From assembly GCA_013239625.1 (NCBI GenBank), contig MU054541.1, forward strand, positions 16,962,567 to 17,026,566: 64,000 bases of DNA. Direction: 5' to 3'. Source of the stretch: Lama guanicoe (taxonomy: Eukaryota). Of this stretch, positions 35,491 through 50,200 are shown in pieces (within the stretch, counting starts at the first letter, position 1; each line of letters begins with the position of its first letter). A model generated the notes under the pieces. It saw nothing but the letters and a program-made list of their open reading frames with translations, did not search any database and was not told the origin of the DNA. The translations under genes and the position numbers were made by a program.

Positions 35491-38400
35491 TCTTGGACGA
35501 CGGGGGATTCTGCTGGCAGAAAATCCTGAGTTTAATCACTCAGGCCCCTCGCTGGGCCACGGTGCTTTCTGCTGTGTGGCAGGCACATTCTTACTCGCTT
35601 TGAGGAGCAAGAAGAGGTGGCGGACTCTAGTTAAGGGCTGTTTTAAGTGTCATAATGTGCTCGTTACACTCAAAACACAGCTAACACGCACTGGGCAGCT
35701 GAGAACGTGGTGGAACGTGGCTGGTCTGAGGGAGCAGCAGGCATGGGACAGCAGTGGGGGTCCTCGGGGGGGCATCTGGGGGGCCTTGTGGTTTAAACGA
35801 GAGACACAGAGCCCTCGCAGGGGATGGGAGGCACCCTGGGGTGCACCGTGGGCGGGGACCCTGTGCTTTCTTCCTTCCGTCTCTTCCCTCATGCGTCCCC
35901 GCCTTCTCTTTCCTGGCCGCCATGAGTCTCAGAACCAGCCCTGTGTTGTCCATAAGCGCCACAAAGCCACCCTTCTTGACACCCCAACCTGTGTTTTGAC
36001 ACACGGTCTCTGACCACTGGCCGGTCACATTCCGCGCTGTCCCCTCCCCTGTTCCTTCAAGTTTCTTAAACCAGTCTTGTGCTTGAGACTGAATCTGAGA
36101 CGCTTTGCAGCTGTTCTGATGATCAAAGGGCCATGTGGGGATCCGGACGGCCTTTCTTTCATAAGAGAGATGAGTTCATCTCATAAACATGGGTCCTCAA
36201 ACTGTCATTCCCAGTAGGTCCGTCTAAACAGGCTTTTTTTTTTTTAACCATATTCTTCCACTTTAGAATGAAACGTCTCCCTGTTTCACAGGGATTTTGT
36301 TGAGAATGAAATCAGTTCTGTGGGCAGTGCTGCTACGGAGACCCCGAAGGTTTGAAGTTCGGGTTGTTTCTGATGCTTTTGGAGAGCGGGTCAGCAGAGG
36401 AAAAGTGCCGCGCTGGACCGCCTGACACCCTGTGCAGCTCCTGGGACTGTGGCAGGTTCACGAAGGCCAGTTAAGAAGATGTTGAAAAGAAATATTTGTT
36501 GCTGATTTAGTTTTAGTTTCGGAAGATTGGAAGGTCTGTATCCCTTCCTGAAATTCTGAAATTTCAAAGAAAGTACAGTGGTCATTTGAGTATGTGCCGC
36601 CGGCTTGCGTTATGAATTTTAAAGGCCTAAGTCTCAACGGTCTTATTCCCAGTCCTCAAACTTCCCCAAATCTCCTCAGAGCTCCTGACAGCTCTTCTGT
36701 TGTTGCCACGGTCACGCTGGGCGGGACGCTTTCCCACCGGCCTCAGTGGGCTTATTGAGGACACGGGAGTTACTGGTTCCAGGGCCGTGCACACGTCAGC
36801 CCAGGGGAGGCCTCCCAGCCCCTCAGGCACGGGCCCCCCGGACGGTGTGTGGGGTTCCCGCCGGGCCTTGGGGCAGGAGTGACGGCGGGTGGCTCTGGGT
36901 GGCACAGGCGGGGACAGCCTGAGGAGCGCACGTTTGCCCATCACAGAGCCTGTCGTGCTTTCCAGACAGCTCTGCTGTGGGCAGGATCACCCAGACCCAC
37001 CTGGGAGCCCATGGCCGGACGGGCATGGGCAGGTTCGCACTGCGTCTGTGTGTCCGACCTTGAAGTCAAATCCACGTTCCGGTCCTCCTGCCCCCGTCTC
37101 AGTGGGGCTCCGGTTCCCAGGAGAGGGGAGTGGCCGGCGAGGGCAGCTCCTGCTGGCAGGGTCGCTTACGCTGACACGTGCGGGAGTCAGAATCCATGGG
37201 CCCGTGGGTCCGATGAGGAGGAAGGAGAGAGCGAGGCTGTGGGCAGAGTGGCTGTGATTTTCCTGTGGGTCCTCACGCCGAGTGCGGGCCCTGAGAGGAC
37301 AGAGGAACCGCTTTCCCGTGGGCTGTGCATCCGGGATGGGGGCCTATTCTCGGGTTGGGTGTGAATCACCTCCCACCTGTCCCCAGCGGGGATGGCCGGT
37401 CCCAGGGCGCAGCCCCCTCCCCTGGCTGCCCAGGGAGGGGACGTGGCAAACAACCCGGCGGGCCACCCCCTACCCCAGAGGGAGTGAGAGGCACCCAACA
37501 CCTCCGCAGCCCGTCGGCAAGTCCGGTCGGCTCACACGCCCTGGACCGCGGTGCTGAGGGAGTGGCCCTCGCCCCGCTCCTCTTGAATGTGTTTGCAGAG
37601 GGCCAGCCCTTCCCTGTGGTCATCGGGTCTGTGTGACTAAATACAGACGGAAGCCTGATGTCTGTCCCCAGCGGCCACCTGCCTGGCCGCGTCTCTCCCC
37701 TCCCAGCAGCCTCTCAGCGTGGCTGGGCCCTCGTCGTCCCCTGCTCACAGCGTGATCAGTTTGGGGTGAACACGGTGCCGTGGCCACCGCTTTCAGCGCT
37801 CTGTGGCGGGGACCGCTGCCTGTCTGTGTCCATTGTGGCGCCTTGTCCACGTGTCCAACTCAGAACCCCCTCCTCTCCTCCCCTAGCTGATAACACCAGG
37901 TGGTTCTGCTCCCAGCCTCCTCCGAAATCCAAACCAAACACCCGTTTCACACTGGAAACACTCTCCTTTCCCTTTCTGCATTCTTTCTGCATTTTTCATG
38001 ATGTGGCTCTTTTTTTTTTTTAAAGCAATTCAATCTCTCTTCTGTCCTCCTTGCTCGGTCTTTATAATTTTTCCAGACACCTGGACTTCACGCCCAGGTC
38101 TGTGTGTCACGGGCGCAGACGTGACCTGTGCGCCTGCTTCTCGGCCTGAGTCCAGGCGAGGCGGCAGCCCTCCTGCGCCTTCTGTCTGGGCACCTGGTGC
38201 CGGACGCGCACTGAGGACCAGAGGCGCAGCCGTGGCTGCTCACGGAGACCACCGCTGCCGCGCTGGTCCGTTCATCTCGAGGAGGCACGGGCATACTGGT
38301 GGCCAGGCAATCGGGAGTGAAGATAGAGCCCCACCTGAAAGCCGGGTGTTCCATTATCTTCCTCTTCAGCCCGACTCACCGCCCGCTGCCCGGGCGTCTA

Positions 38401-41279
38401 AGAGAAGGGTGTTGTGCTCAACCGCACAAAAGTGCTGGGAGGGTAAATGCCTGTTTGTGAAGCGCGCTGAGAGCACACGATCAAAGACGCCAAATTGGTG
38501 TAAATCGGTGTGATTGTTATCAGCGGAAACTCCCCAGGCCTGCCTCTGGATTAACGTGCCTGTGTCAGTCAGCACCCCTGGGCCCGCCCTGAAGCCCCAG
38601 CCTCTCCCTTCTGTCTCGGGGTCGTCTGTCCCTCCAGGTGTCGGAGGGACTCAGGGGGTCGTGGAAGGTCACACAGAGGACACGTGTCAGGTGCCTGCCG
38701 ACCCTGGGGCGAGGGGTTGGAGCAGGTTTGTGGGGCACTGGGGTGACTGTCCTGAGGCCGCCTGGCGCTGGCACATTCCTGTCCCATGTCGTCATCTCGT
38801 GTGGCTGGCTCACTCAGGCTGGCTGCAAAGATGGCTTTCCCAGCCTTCCCAAGGCACTTAAGGGGGAAACCAGGGGGCCCCAGCGGTCTCGGGTGAAGAC
38901 GGACTGGCAGCACAGAGATAAGCGAGGTGGACTGAGCTGTGGAAATTGTGAGGCGTACCCCAAATTGCAGGCTGTGGGGGGGCAGGTTCCCTGCCAACAG
39001 CAGCAAAACGGGTTCCCCCTTCACTCGCCAGCGACGGGTTTCACTTTGGATGTAAAAGCCAGTGCTGTTCTGGGTGTACAACCCCCACCACCCGTGCCCT
39101 TAGGGAAGTGACCAGAGACCAGTTAAGAGCGAACTGTCCCCTCAGGCGGTGAGCAGGATGCAGGCGTGCTGTTAAGGGCGGCCCCTCGCCCGTGGCTCCC
39201 AGCCTGGGATCCGGGAAGCTGGTGAAAGTGCAGTTTTCTGGGGCGCATCCTCCAAGCAGGCGCGCAGTGCGGGGCCCAGGCCTCTGCAGGGACGGGGTGG
39301 GTCCCCGGTCGGGGCAGCGGCGCCCCGTCTGCCATCGGGTGACACAGCCAGCTCGGCTCTCCCCACCCGTCCTCAGCCTCGTTGAGAGTCAGACGAAGGC
39401 CGGTTCTCCCCAGGGGAAGCGTGTGATTCCGGGCATCCATCCTTCCCCTCCAGGCGTCCACGCCGAGCGAGTCAAACCGCAGTGGGGCTCGCCCCGTGCC
39501 CCGCTGGCCCCGTGTGCTCGCTGGGCTCCGGTGTCCTCTGTGGGGTGTGTTTCCTAAATGCTCGTCCCAAGCGGCTAGAGCTTCCACGTGTGTCATCTGG
39601 TGATGTCGTCCCCTCCACAAGTCAGTGGCCAAGCCCCCTGTGACTGCGGTGGGCACTTAGGGAACGGGGCTGGCTCTCCCCTACCCAGCAGAGCGTGGAG
39701 ATACTCCGCCCCCGGGGAGGAGAGTCTTGGGACCCGCACGGTGAACTTGGCAGCCTCAGAAGATCGTTCACCGATGAAAGTTGATGGTAGCAATGTAGGA
39801 GTCGAGGCCTTGGGCCCAGACAGTCTTGGTTTCCCCCAGCGCCTTCGAGGAGATGCCGTCCAAGTGGGCTGCAGCCGAGGGCTCCCTGGCCGCGTCTTTG
39901 CAGCCGTGTGTCTTGGACTCTTTGTGACAAAGGCCCCCCACCCCGACGGCGCCCTGAGCACCTCTCTGATCGGCTGAAGGTTTGTGACACAAGACCCGCT
40001 GATTCTGGGTTTAATGACTGAGCACGCGAGCCCCACGGACGTGCACGGGAAAGGGGAGAGGGAGTCAGCCGGCCGCGGCAGGCGGCAGATCCATCAGTTT
40101 GACTGATCGTCTCCGCCGGGCTGACGCGTGGGTCCGCTGTGTCGTTCGGGCCGCAGGCGCGTGTGCGCACAGAGCTTCCCCGTCCGGTGGGCGGGGGTGT
40201 CGGCCGAGCGCTGGGACCGGCCGACTTGACAGACGTGCTGAGGTAAACAGCCTGGCTTCTGCGGGGACGTGTTGACAAGCAGTGATTCTCGGGAAGCCCC
40301 CAGCTGAGCCTAGGCTCAGACTTCGGGGATTTAGGCAATATGAAAGCGATCTCTTAAGATCTGAAGTCTTTCCCATCAGGCGAGCTCGTTCGGGTTGGGG
40401 CTTGTGTTGTCGTTGTATATACACACGCGAGTTTTACTGTTTCCCAGAGACAGTCGGGCAGTTAAGCCAAAGCCATTGTGCGGGGTGCAGACTCGTCCCC
40501 CCCGAGGGCCCCGCTGTCGAGGGGGCAGGTTTACAGCTAAAGACGGTTTCCAGGGAGAGACACGACTTCTTCCTTTCCCCCAAACTTCAAACCCTCAGTC
40601 CCAGCTCAAAAGCCTGGTTCCAGCGTGACTCCCTGAGAAGCCTCTCTTCCTCTCTTTCTCTGGCGGAAGCACCATCTCAAGGCTGCGTGAGGGCAGCCTC
40701 AGAGTCTCAGGAGGCCGAGGGCTGAGCCTCGTCGGCTCCCATGAGCTCGGGCCGAGCATCTGGCCCGGCCCTGCTGGGGCACCGGGGCAGCTGTCCTGCG
40801 GAGGTCCCTGGGTCCGACCCCCAAGGGGGTGTGACGCGCTGCCCTGCGGTCAGGCTGTCCTGGAAGCCGCCTTCTGCCTGCGACCTCCAGTCACTCGCAG
40901 GCCCCCGGCTCTCCTCTGTGGCACAGGCCGTGCTTGCCCCGCCCGGTGGCCTCAACTGCAAAGCCAGGAACAGAGTTAGGCGACACATTCAGAGGACACC
41001 AGCCATCCAACCACCTGCAGGGGCGAGGTTGGGAGCCACGACAGGCCTGCCGCAGGTCCGCGGATCCTGCTCTCCCCCAGCGCTTCCCCGGGCAGGGGTG
41101 GTGGCCCCGCTGGGGCGCGTCGCCCACTGTGTCACCTGTCCTCCTGTGGGGCTGGCACTTACTTAGAGCGGTGCTGCTGGTTCACGTTTAAAGGAAAAGT
41201 CAAAGCTGTGAGATACGGCCCAGTGGGACGTGAGCACCGGTGGTTGCTGGCTTTCCCGGGTGACGGGCTCTCCCCTGGG

Positions 41280-41400
41280 GCCCTGAAGGCCCACCTGCTG
41301 TCAGGGTGTCCGTCGGAATTCTTAGAGGAGATGGCGCGACTGAACAAGAAGAACGTCCTCCTGGAGTTTACGGAGTTTGTAATGCGCAGAGGTGGAGGAG
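41280..41400 (-). mobile_element. L2 3'-end fragment
   Basis: actgaacaagaagaacgtcctcctggagtttac resembles gtgaacaagacagacaaggtccctgccctcatggagcttac. Confidence 0.4.
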
Positions 41401-44400
41401 AGACCTGCTTCTCCCACGATCTGAGCCAATTCATCCCACTTGTCCAAAGTGATGGCACTTCTCCCCAGGACCCTCTTTGTTCCCAGACTGCATCCTGAGC
41501 AGTGAGGCCTGGGCCGCCCGGTGGCAGGTCCCCACCCCACCGGGTCCCCACTCAGGCCCGTCCTGCTCGGGACAGCCTGGCGGCTCGCTGGCGGTGCTGG
41601 TGGAGAGGGCCTGCCGGGCACCACAGTGACCGCCTTCCCACCCAAGAGGTCTGGGACACGCCGCCTTCTGTTCACGCGAGTCCTGGCCTCGTGACAAGTG
41701 GCTCGTGGCCACGCTCTCCAGGCCTGACGGGGTGAGGACCAGACCTTCCCCATCGGTGCTTCTGGACAACTCCTCTCTGAGCCATTGACGTGGGTGGAAG
41801 GGGTTTATGTTGCTGACCCCTTTCCTTGGAGGAAATGCATAGGAAGTTTAATTTCCTGTGTGACTAGGGGGTGCGCAGCCTGTTCGGTGAAGTTGGTGCA
41901 ATGATACATCGGTCCTTGGAACGTGCTCCTCCCAGAAATCATGTTTCAAGTGCTGTTAGGGCCCGGCGCTGCCCGGCCAAAGCCTGTTTTCCTGGGAACA
42001 TGTCTGAAGTGCTAGTTAAAATACTGTGACTAGTCCCCAGGGTGGTTTCTCCGTGGAGGCGCATGTCCTGAGCTCCAGCCTGGTCCTTCCAGAGTGGGCG
42101 GTGGGGAGGACAGGAGGCAGCCTCTGGGGTCAGCCCGTGCGGTGGCCCCCCAACCCGGCGAAGCTCTGACTCCTCATGCGGGCTGGCCAGTCTGACCTTA
42201 AAGCATCTTCTCCCCTTTGAGGCCTGGAAGGACCTTTATGTGACGGACGGGTCAGGGATGGGAAGATAGATGCTTTGAAAAATCAGTCTTTTGACCTTGA
42301 AACCTTACAAGTGGGTTTTGCTTTTCTTCAAGTCACAGAAATGCACGGTGACCAGAGACGTGGTTCTCGTGGCACGTGGAGATGTAATTTTAATTCCTTC
42401 CCTTCCCAACCAATAATAATATTGAAATTTGGGGTAAACAACATTTGAGAGGCGCTGAAACTTGAGACTCACTTAACTGCTAAAATACTACCCTCTTGTC
42501 CACAGACCACTCCTGTGAATGTTTCCACGCCCAGTTCAGTTGACAGCAAGTTTGGAAAGTCACAAGCAAGGCACTAGTGAGGATGCTGAGGGCTTCCTCG
42601 CCAGCCCTGAGACACTGGCATGAGGGTTCGCCCTCGGAGTAACGTCCTTAGGGCTCAGAGGCCTTTGGACAGGACAGCATCCGGTCCCGAGGGTTTGCAC
42701 GAGACTTCAGACGAACACGACGCACAGATGCCTTCATCCAGACAGCGGAGTGACTGAGCAGAGAGTCCGGGACGAAGTGCAGGGGGAGAGAACAGGTCAG
42801 ACAGGGTGCCCGCAGCGGCGGGGGGCGCCTGGCCACGGGGAGGAGCAGTGGACGGTCACCCAGACTGCGCGGGATGCTGGCCCATGCAGGCTTCCCCCAG
42901 CCCCCCGACAAGCAAGTGTCCCCTTAAGTGGGAAAAGAAAGGAGCATTTTAGCCACAGACCTCAGCGTTGTTCGTTGGTTAAAATAAAACTTGAGGCAGG
43001 AGGCGAGTGTGTCCACCGGGTGTCCAATTAGAAGGAGCAGGGGGGACCCGCGCCGCCCCCCACCTCCCGCCAGCGCCGAGTCTTTGGTTCCAACTCCTCC
43101 CTCCCTCCCTGGTGCACGTCACCCCTGCTGCCCCAGCCCTTCCTCGTTGTTCTCAGCTGCGGAGCCGCCAGGACAACCTTCCGAAGCACAACCCACGTGT
43201 CCCTCCTGCCCGGCGTCTTCCGGACCCGTCACCCTGACGTCACTGTCTGGCTCCGGCCAGGGGGACCCGGGAGCCCACCGCCTCCCAGGATGGGATGTGA
43301 CCTCGTGCCCTGACCCCTGGCTCCTGAGCTCCCAGGGGCACTGGGCTTCCCCCTGACACCTGCACGCCACCCCAGGTGAACCGTCCACCCCACGCGGTCC
43401 CAGACCCAGGCTCCCACAGTCCAGAAGCTCTGGAGACATTGGCGTGTTTCTAGTGTCCCAGGCGGCAGCGAAGTCCAGCCTGCCCCGGCCCAGGACGCAT
43501 CCATGTCGTCTAGTGTGGACGCTCACCGTTTCCCATTGTTTTGCTGAAGAAGCATGAGTCTGATTACAGGGAACTGGGGCTGGATTAACGTGGCTGCATG
43601 ACCAGCGTCCAGCTCTCGGGAGGACAATGGGGGCGCTGGCAGAGGCTCCCCAGGACAGGGCAGACGGGCACTGTCCTGGACGGACCAGGGCGGAGGTTCA
43701 CCTGTGTGTGCGACACACATCACACTGTCCTCAAAGCCAAAAGCGCCAATTCCAGAGTGCTCCCCAAAGGTTCACGTGAGCACCCGTGTCTGACGGCTGT
43801 TCTGCACCGCTTTCCGCACGCACATGGAGGGAGGGGTTCTGTGCACACGCGTGCTTAGCCATCGGTGCCTGGTGCTTGAATGGATGTGAACATCCGCCCC
43901 TTCGGCTTCAGTGGGGTTTCCTGGCCGTGCGAACAGTGGGCACGTCGTTCTGGGAAGTCTGTCCCGCACTTTCACCCAGAGTATCGTCACCGGATACTCC
44001 AGCAGCACTTAACGTCCAGCTGTACCGGAGCTGTGACCCACCACCATCAGGCACCAGGAAAGGGCCCCCACAGCTGGCCGGCCGGACACGCGTGGGTCAG
44101 CCTCTGCGGCGTGGAGGCTCCGGGGCAGCTCTGCAGGGGCGGGTCGCACGCGGGCGTCTTCTTACCACCTCGTCCACGGCAGCATCCTGCAGGGGTGTCT
44201 GTCTGTCCAGCCCCTCTTTTGTGGATGTTCTTTGAGCCCCGTGGTTCCTCCTCTCCAGGCTCGCCGCCTCCCATGGAACCTCCACGGGGACTTCCTTTTC
44301 CGTGGGCCCCTCCTCACCCGTCCCCTGCAGCGGGTCCTGCCTCGCGGGGCCCACCCAGCTCAGAGCCGCCCTGTTCACACACACGTCCCCCATGCAGGCA

Positions 44401-45714
44401 GGGCGCCCACCCCACAGGCATCTGTCCTGGAACCCTCTGCCTTTTCGCAGGCTGTGCCACCCTCAGAGGCTTGCTCCCCCCTCGATGGCCCCGCCGCATA
44501 GACAGTCCGCAGCGCACACCTCGGTCCTCGTTAAGGCGCTGTTACTTGTTGGCCGACGGTTGTCAGTCCTGAGCTTGTCCCCTTAGCAAAGGTGTTCGCG
44601 CGTTAGAGTAGAGGCCTGCGTCTCATCTTGCCGGTGCCCCCTCCACGGTCCTGTCACTGAGACAGATGGATGACGGGTGCCTCGTCCTGCGGGGCCAGGG
44701 CCCTGGAGAGTCAGGTGCACTGGCACCCAGGGTCACGTCTGCTGTGCGGGAGGGCCATGTTCCTAACCTTACTGTCACAAAAAGCCCCTGCCAGGGGTGA
44801 AGGGGAGGGGAGGAGGGGTGTGATACTTCAAGTCCTAAACCTGGATCCGAAAACCAAGTCACAAGGAGACACCGCCAGACGGCCCCGCACCTGGGACAGC
44901 CTGTGGTCGCGCTGTCTGCACCTCAGGGTGAACCGGGAGAGGCCAGGGTTCTGGGGACGCAGTCCTGCCCTGGTGGCGTTCATGGTGGGTGTCCGGTGCA
45001 TTACCGGGTGAGGGGAGGAGGCTGTGTCTCTTGATTGATGCAAAATAGCTGTTCTTCCCAGTACAGAAAAGCCAGGTACAGAAGCAACATTAAGAAAAGC
45101 TTCTTGAATGGAAGTTCCTGAACACTGGAGCTGCAGGCAGCTCTTTGGTATGACGGGGCATGTTTGGATATGTTGTGCATCACTTCAGGGTGGAGCTGGA
45201 GATAAGGGAGGTGAACTGGGGTTCACGGCAACCCTCAGAACTTTTCCAGACTATCGGTTAAACCGTCTGCTCTCCCGGGTTAGGGGGGGTGGCAGGGGGA
45301 GAGAGAAGCAGAGGGCGGGGAGGGGCCACAGGACTGTGCCCCGCGGGGCGCCAGCCCTGGGACTCAGGCAGTCAGTGCTCGTGCTGCGTCCTTGTCCTGT
45401 TTGGGGGAGATTTCAGCTCTTCTAGCCAAACTTGAGGCCACTGCGAGCCTCGGCGCCTGCCCAGCACATCCCGTCCTCTGCATGTGTGGGCTGGCGTACA
45501 GCACGTTGGGAGACCCTCCGTGGACAGTGCCCTGGGATGCGGCCGCCGTCCTAGGTCAGCGCGCCTGACCGCTGCCCTCCTTGGCAGGGGCCCCACGGGG
45601 CCGTCACGGAAGAAATGATCTTCCAGGGAGGAGCAACTCCCGGGGCGGCAGAGGGGCCGAGGCTGCGTGCTGACTGAGCTCCGCGTCCTCGAGACCCACG
45701 GTGCTTTCATCCCG

Positions 45715-45865
45715 CAGCCCTGCTGCCGGCCAGCTGCATGAACTCGGGCAAGCCTTGGCGTCCTCGTGCTTAAAGCGGGAGCGTCGTTTCTACTTCACAG
45801 CGTCGTCCCGGAGAGTAAGATGGGTGCACATAAACGCAGCTGCCTGTGGGCGAGTGCTCCCCACC
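45715..45865 (+). mobile_element. MIR SINE, GC-shifted
   Basis: agctgcatgaactcgggcaag..ctacttcacagcgtcgtcccggagagtaagatg..gagtgctc follows MIR core order. Confidence 0.55.
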
Positions 45866-46539
45866 CGGTTAAGACGGGGGGACTGTGCTTGTGGCAACGG
45901 AGTCTTGCTCTCTGAAGGAGGCAGAAGCCATCCACGGCCAGCCTTGTCCACGGATGTCAGGTGCTTCCGCGTGTCCAGTGAGCGAACTGTGCACGGAGGA
46001 ACAGAGACCAGACTCTCCCTCCCCAGCACGTGCGAAACATCTGGAAAAGTGCTTCTCGGTGCGCTGGACTCCAGGCCGTGGAGGACAGTGACCCTGAGAA
46101 GTGGAAACAGCTGAACACACCCTCTCAGTGCCCCGGCCCCGCCGCGCGCGAGTGTCCAGGGCAGCGCCGGCAGACTCCCCGCGATGGGAGGACAGGAGGA
46201 CGCGGGACGGAGCAGCTCGGACGGCCCCGGGCATCTGCCGTGTGCCCCCCCTGCAGCCCCCCCGTTGATGCCGGAGTGTGCTGACCAGCATGTGCGTGTG
46301 AGGAAGCCAGCCGAGGCCAGGAGGACCACCACCAGGCTTAGCGCGCCCGGCATTCACACGGCGCCTGCTGGGAACGGGCAGACCCGCAGGCGCGGGTCGG
46401 AGCTGGAGGGTCTCGCCTCTGCAGGGTTTACTAGCCCTGCGCTGGGTGCTGGGCCAGGCCTGCCTGACAGAGCTTCAGAGGAAGACCCAGAGGACGACAC
46501 TGCTTCCCGGTGAGCTAGCTGTGTCCCGGGGCAACATGC

Positions 46540-47240
46540 CAGAGTGCTTGCAACAATACAGACACGTCTACTGCCCCACGAGGTAAACTTCACAACGTAT
46601 GGCGTCCAACCAAAAATCACCACCTTTACAGGAGGGTACGTCCCCTAGTGAGGAGGAAAAGAATCTAGGAAAGCCAGCCTAGAACTGGCACAGATGCTGA
46701 CGTCGGCGGCAGGGACCTGAAGCCGGTTTTCAGACCCTGCTCCACGTGTCAAGAGTTAGGCAGAAGGAAGACAGTTGGACCCGAAGAGACGAAATCCGTA
46801 CGGTCCGCCGTGGAAGTCCTGTCGGGCGGATTTAACGGCAGATGACCCTGCGGAAGGAAAGACCGGTGGCCTGGAAGCCCCAGCAGCGCAGAGCCGACCA
46901 AAACGGGCACAGGAAATGCGCTCTTCAAAGAACGAGCAGTGTCAGGCCTGCAGGACCACTTCAGGCGCCCTCAAGTACACATGGTCGGGGCCCTGCAGAG
47001 GGGAGGGCAGAAGAGATGTTTGAAGAAACAAGGAATAGAGTTTTTCCAAATTTCATGAACACTATAAACGCACAGATCCAAGAAGCTCAACCAACCCCAA
47101 GCACAAAACCACAGGGAAGTTGCGCCTCGCTGCCTCGTAATCAAACGGCACAGCGACACAGAGAGCAGACAGAGGACCCGCGCGCACGGGGCCAGAGACG
47201 AGGGTGTGTCGTCATGGCCCTACACAGCTGCCGCGGCGGG
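46540..47240 (+). mobile_element. Old L1M 5'UTR/ORF1 fragment
   Basis: The ORF at 46842 contains AEEMFEETRNRVFPNFMNTINAQIQEAQPTPS (cf. ORF1p EKIFEEIMAENFPNLMKTINPQIQEAQRTPS). Confidence 0.8.
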
Positions 47241-50200
47241 AAGGCCACGCTGTGCCCTGGCAGGCGGCTCCGCGGCCCGACCGGGGGATGCCCGTGAGGC
47301 GGTTCCCAGAGCTGCTCCGGGAGCATCGTGAACCAAGACTGTGCAAGGTGATCCTCGTAGAAGCAGCGCTGGTGCGTGGCAGTGTGCAGCCGCTGCGCTG
47401 GCTTAGCAGGCGCTGTCTTCGCCCTCGGTCTTGCCTGCGGTTACGCCTCGGCCTCACTCGACCTGTGCTGTTGAATATTCACTTACTAGACCAGGCAGCG
47501 TCCACTCGACGGAAGGCGACCACGGCTCTGATCGAACTTGATTGGTTTCTCAGAAGGTGTTGAAGATCCCCGGCCGCAGGACGCTGGGGCACACGGAGTC
47601 TGTGTTGCAGTGGGCGGAAGGGAGGCGGCTCGGACAGCAGCCCTGGGAATGGAACAGCAGAGGGGAGGGAGGGAGAGCTGCATGCCGTGGGTGGCGGAGT
47701 GGGCCCTGGAGTTAGCAGTTGACCTGCTCAGGTCGCCACCGTGTGTATGACGGATGCTGCAGTGCCTGGTTCAGAGGTGTGGGTGTTGTTCTGGGCCCTG
47801 CCTCTCGCAGCTCCACGCCGGCTGTGACTCAGGCGGGGGCTCTGGGTTGCTCCACCGCCGGATGGCTTGACTCATGAGACAGTTCATTCAGAGAATAAAA
47901 GCCACTTCATAGTGGCTAGTGAAAGCTTTTCAGTACTCATTGCAAAGTTGTTGAGAGCCCGACACTTAAGTAATTTTATGGGCTCTCTCCGCTCATGAGT
48001 GCAGGCCCTGGGGGTGGGGCACAGTCAAGGGAGGAGGAGGGGGCGTGGAGGGCTCGCCCTTCCGTGTCTGCATCCGGCCCAGGGCGAACGCGGGGCCCCA
48101 CGCCGCCCATCCTCTCCAGTGGCTTAGGACGGACCCCCGACACGGCTGACAGTCTGATGGTCCCCTGGTGCTGATGGGGGCACAGGAGGTCCCGTTTCAG
48201 AGCCTCATGTCTCAGTGCAGCCCTCACAACAGGACTGTTCTTTAAGAAAGTCATCCAGCAGCCGCGACGGTAGACACGTGTGTTCTCCGAGGCAGGTTAG
48301 GAGATCCCAGTGCAGATGACAGTGTGCCAGGCCCACCGCTTACCTCCTGCCGAAGTTTGTGTTTGTATGGAGAGCTGACTCTTTTTAACTGAATCCCATT
48401 CCTCGAATAGATACAAGTCTGGAGAAGCGCTGCTCCGGAACCCCGCACGCCCCTCCCAAGGGCAGCTGGCGCCTTTGTGGGGCTGCTGCTTTATGTGATC
48501 CTAACGCCCCAGTCGAAGACTCTCCCAGCAGTGTGTCAGAAATAAGCTGAGCTCGACGTGGGAGGGTCAAGTCCCCAGACAGATGCTCGCGCTTGGCTTG
48601 TACCGGAGGGAGTGGCCTCCTGCGAGCGCCGAGGGCTGTGATGCCGCGACCGGGGACGTGTGCGGACCGTGGCCGGGACAGCGGTACCGGGGCAGAGCCG
48701 ACAGGAGGGAGGACTCAGGCCATCCCAGAGGGTGGCGGGAACTGGAGGCAGACAGGCGTGGGAGCAGGTCAGAGCTGGGTCCCATCCAGCCCTTCCCGCC
48801 GCGGGGCCGTGGCCACCTTCCGGGTTTCCGCCCAAATGGCGGGGGTGACACCCACCCTGCTGGGTCTCGGGGACCAGGAGGAACAGTCAGCCCGACACGC
48901 ACTCGGCTCCCAGCACCTGCGGTGGGCACTTCTGCCGGGCCCTCTCCTCTGGACCCCACTTCTCCTTCAGCGAGCCCCCTTCCCGCCCCTTGACTGGGAG
49001 ACGCATACCCGAATCAGCCCCGCCGCCTCCTCCCGCCAGGCCGCCTGCTTCCGCCAGGAACTCCCTCCCCAGCTTCCCCAGGGCATCATTCCTTGCCCCT
49101 GCAGCTCATCCTCAGCCAGGGTGACACATTTAAAGTGACGTGGGCTCACGTTTCTGCTCCCTCGGGCCCTCCCCACCTCCCACCAGCCCTGAGTGGAGGC
49201 TCGGCCCGAGGCTGTTTCGTGCCCCCCGTCTCCCGAGGACCCGGCCAGCACCCGGCAACCTGCCCCCTGACCACCTGTCGGCGGACGGGTGAGTACTGGT
49301 CCCTGCTGGTCCCTGCACACCACTGAGGGAGAGGCCTGCGTGCGGCTCAGCGGAAGGCGTTCTGGGCCCAGACTCAGAGCACCTGGGCCTGCACGCAGTC
49401 CTGACCTTGGGCGTGATCTCCCCGGCACCTGGGCCTCGTCCTCCGGCCTGCCGGGGGCGCCTGGGCCATAGTGGCCTGTCCCCGCCCTCCCGCCCTCCCA
49501 GACGGCAAAGCCGCAGGGAACGCAGGGGCCTGAACCCTGCGCCTCTCCGTCATGGGAGGAGTTGTGTCCGCGGACAGCTGGGCACCCTGGGAGGACACTG
49601 GTGTGGTGAGGGTCTTACCAGCCGCCCTGTTCCCCTCGTCTTGGAAGCAGTCGTAGCTGTGATCTTGCCTGAGAATGGGACGGACCAGAAGCCCGCAAAG
49701 CTCCAGTCCTACCTGTGGCTCCAGACCTCCCACCTTCCTTTGCTTAAAGTAGACGTCACCGGGGATGGAGGGAAGGAGGTTTTGCAGTACTTCAACAGAT
49801 GGCGCTGCTGGGAGCTATTACCTGGCTATAAAAATTAAGTTCCAGCTTTACTAACTTAAAACATCTCATTAAAACCTTGGTGTTGCTCCTGGGGTGGTAC
49901 GTGACTTTGTTTCGTCCTTTACCGAGTTCACAGTGGCGAGTGGCTCTGACCGTCCATGCGGTGAAGCTGGCCCCCAGAGGCGCCTCCTCGGGCGACCGTG
50001 CACGGTCGCCCGGTGCTGCCTTAGAGACACACACAGCACTCTGCATGGAGGGAAGGAGAGCACCATGTGCACTTGGGCTTCTGACATAAGGACAAGCGAA
50101 TCAGGGTCTGTTCATCTGGATGCTTGAACGACATGCAGATACGGTCGTAAGTGACGGCACTTCCGAGCAGAACACCGCGGCTGACCGGCAGGAGTAGGGT

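Noticed and set aside
41208-41498. Protein-like stretch EFLEEMARLNKKNVLLEFTEFVMRR
   Set aside because: Underlying DNA resembles an antisense L2 3' end; no flanking splice sites or recognisable family.
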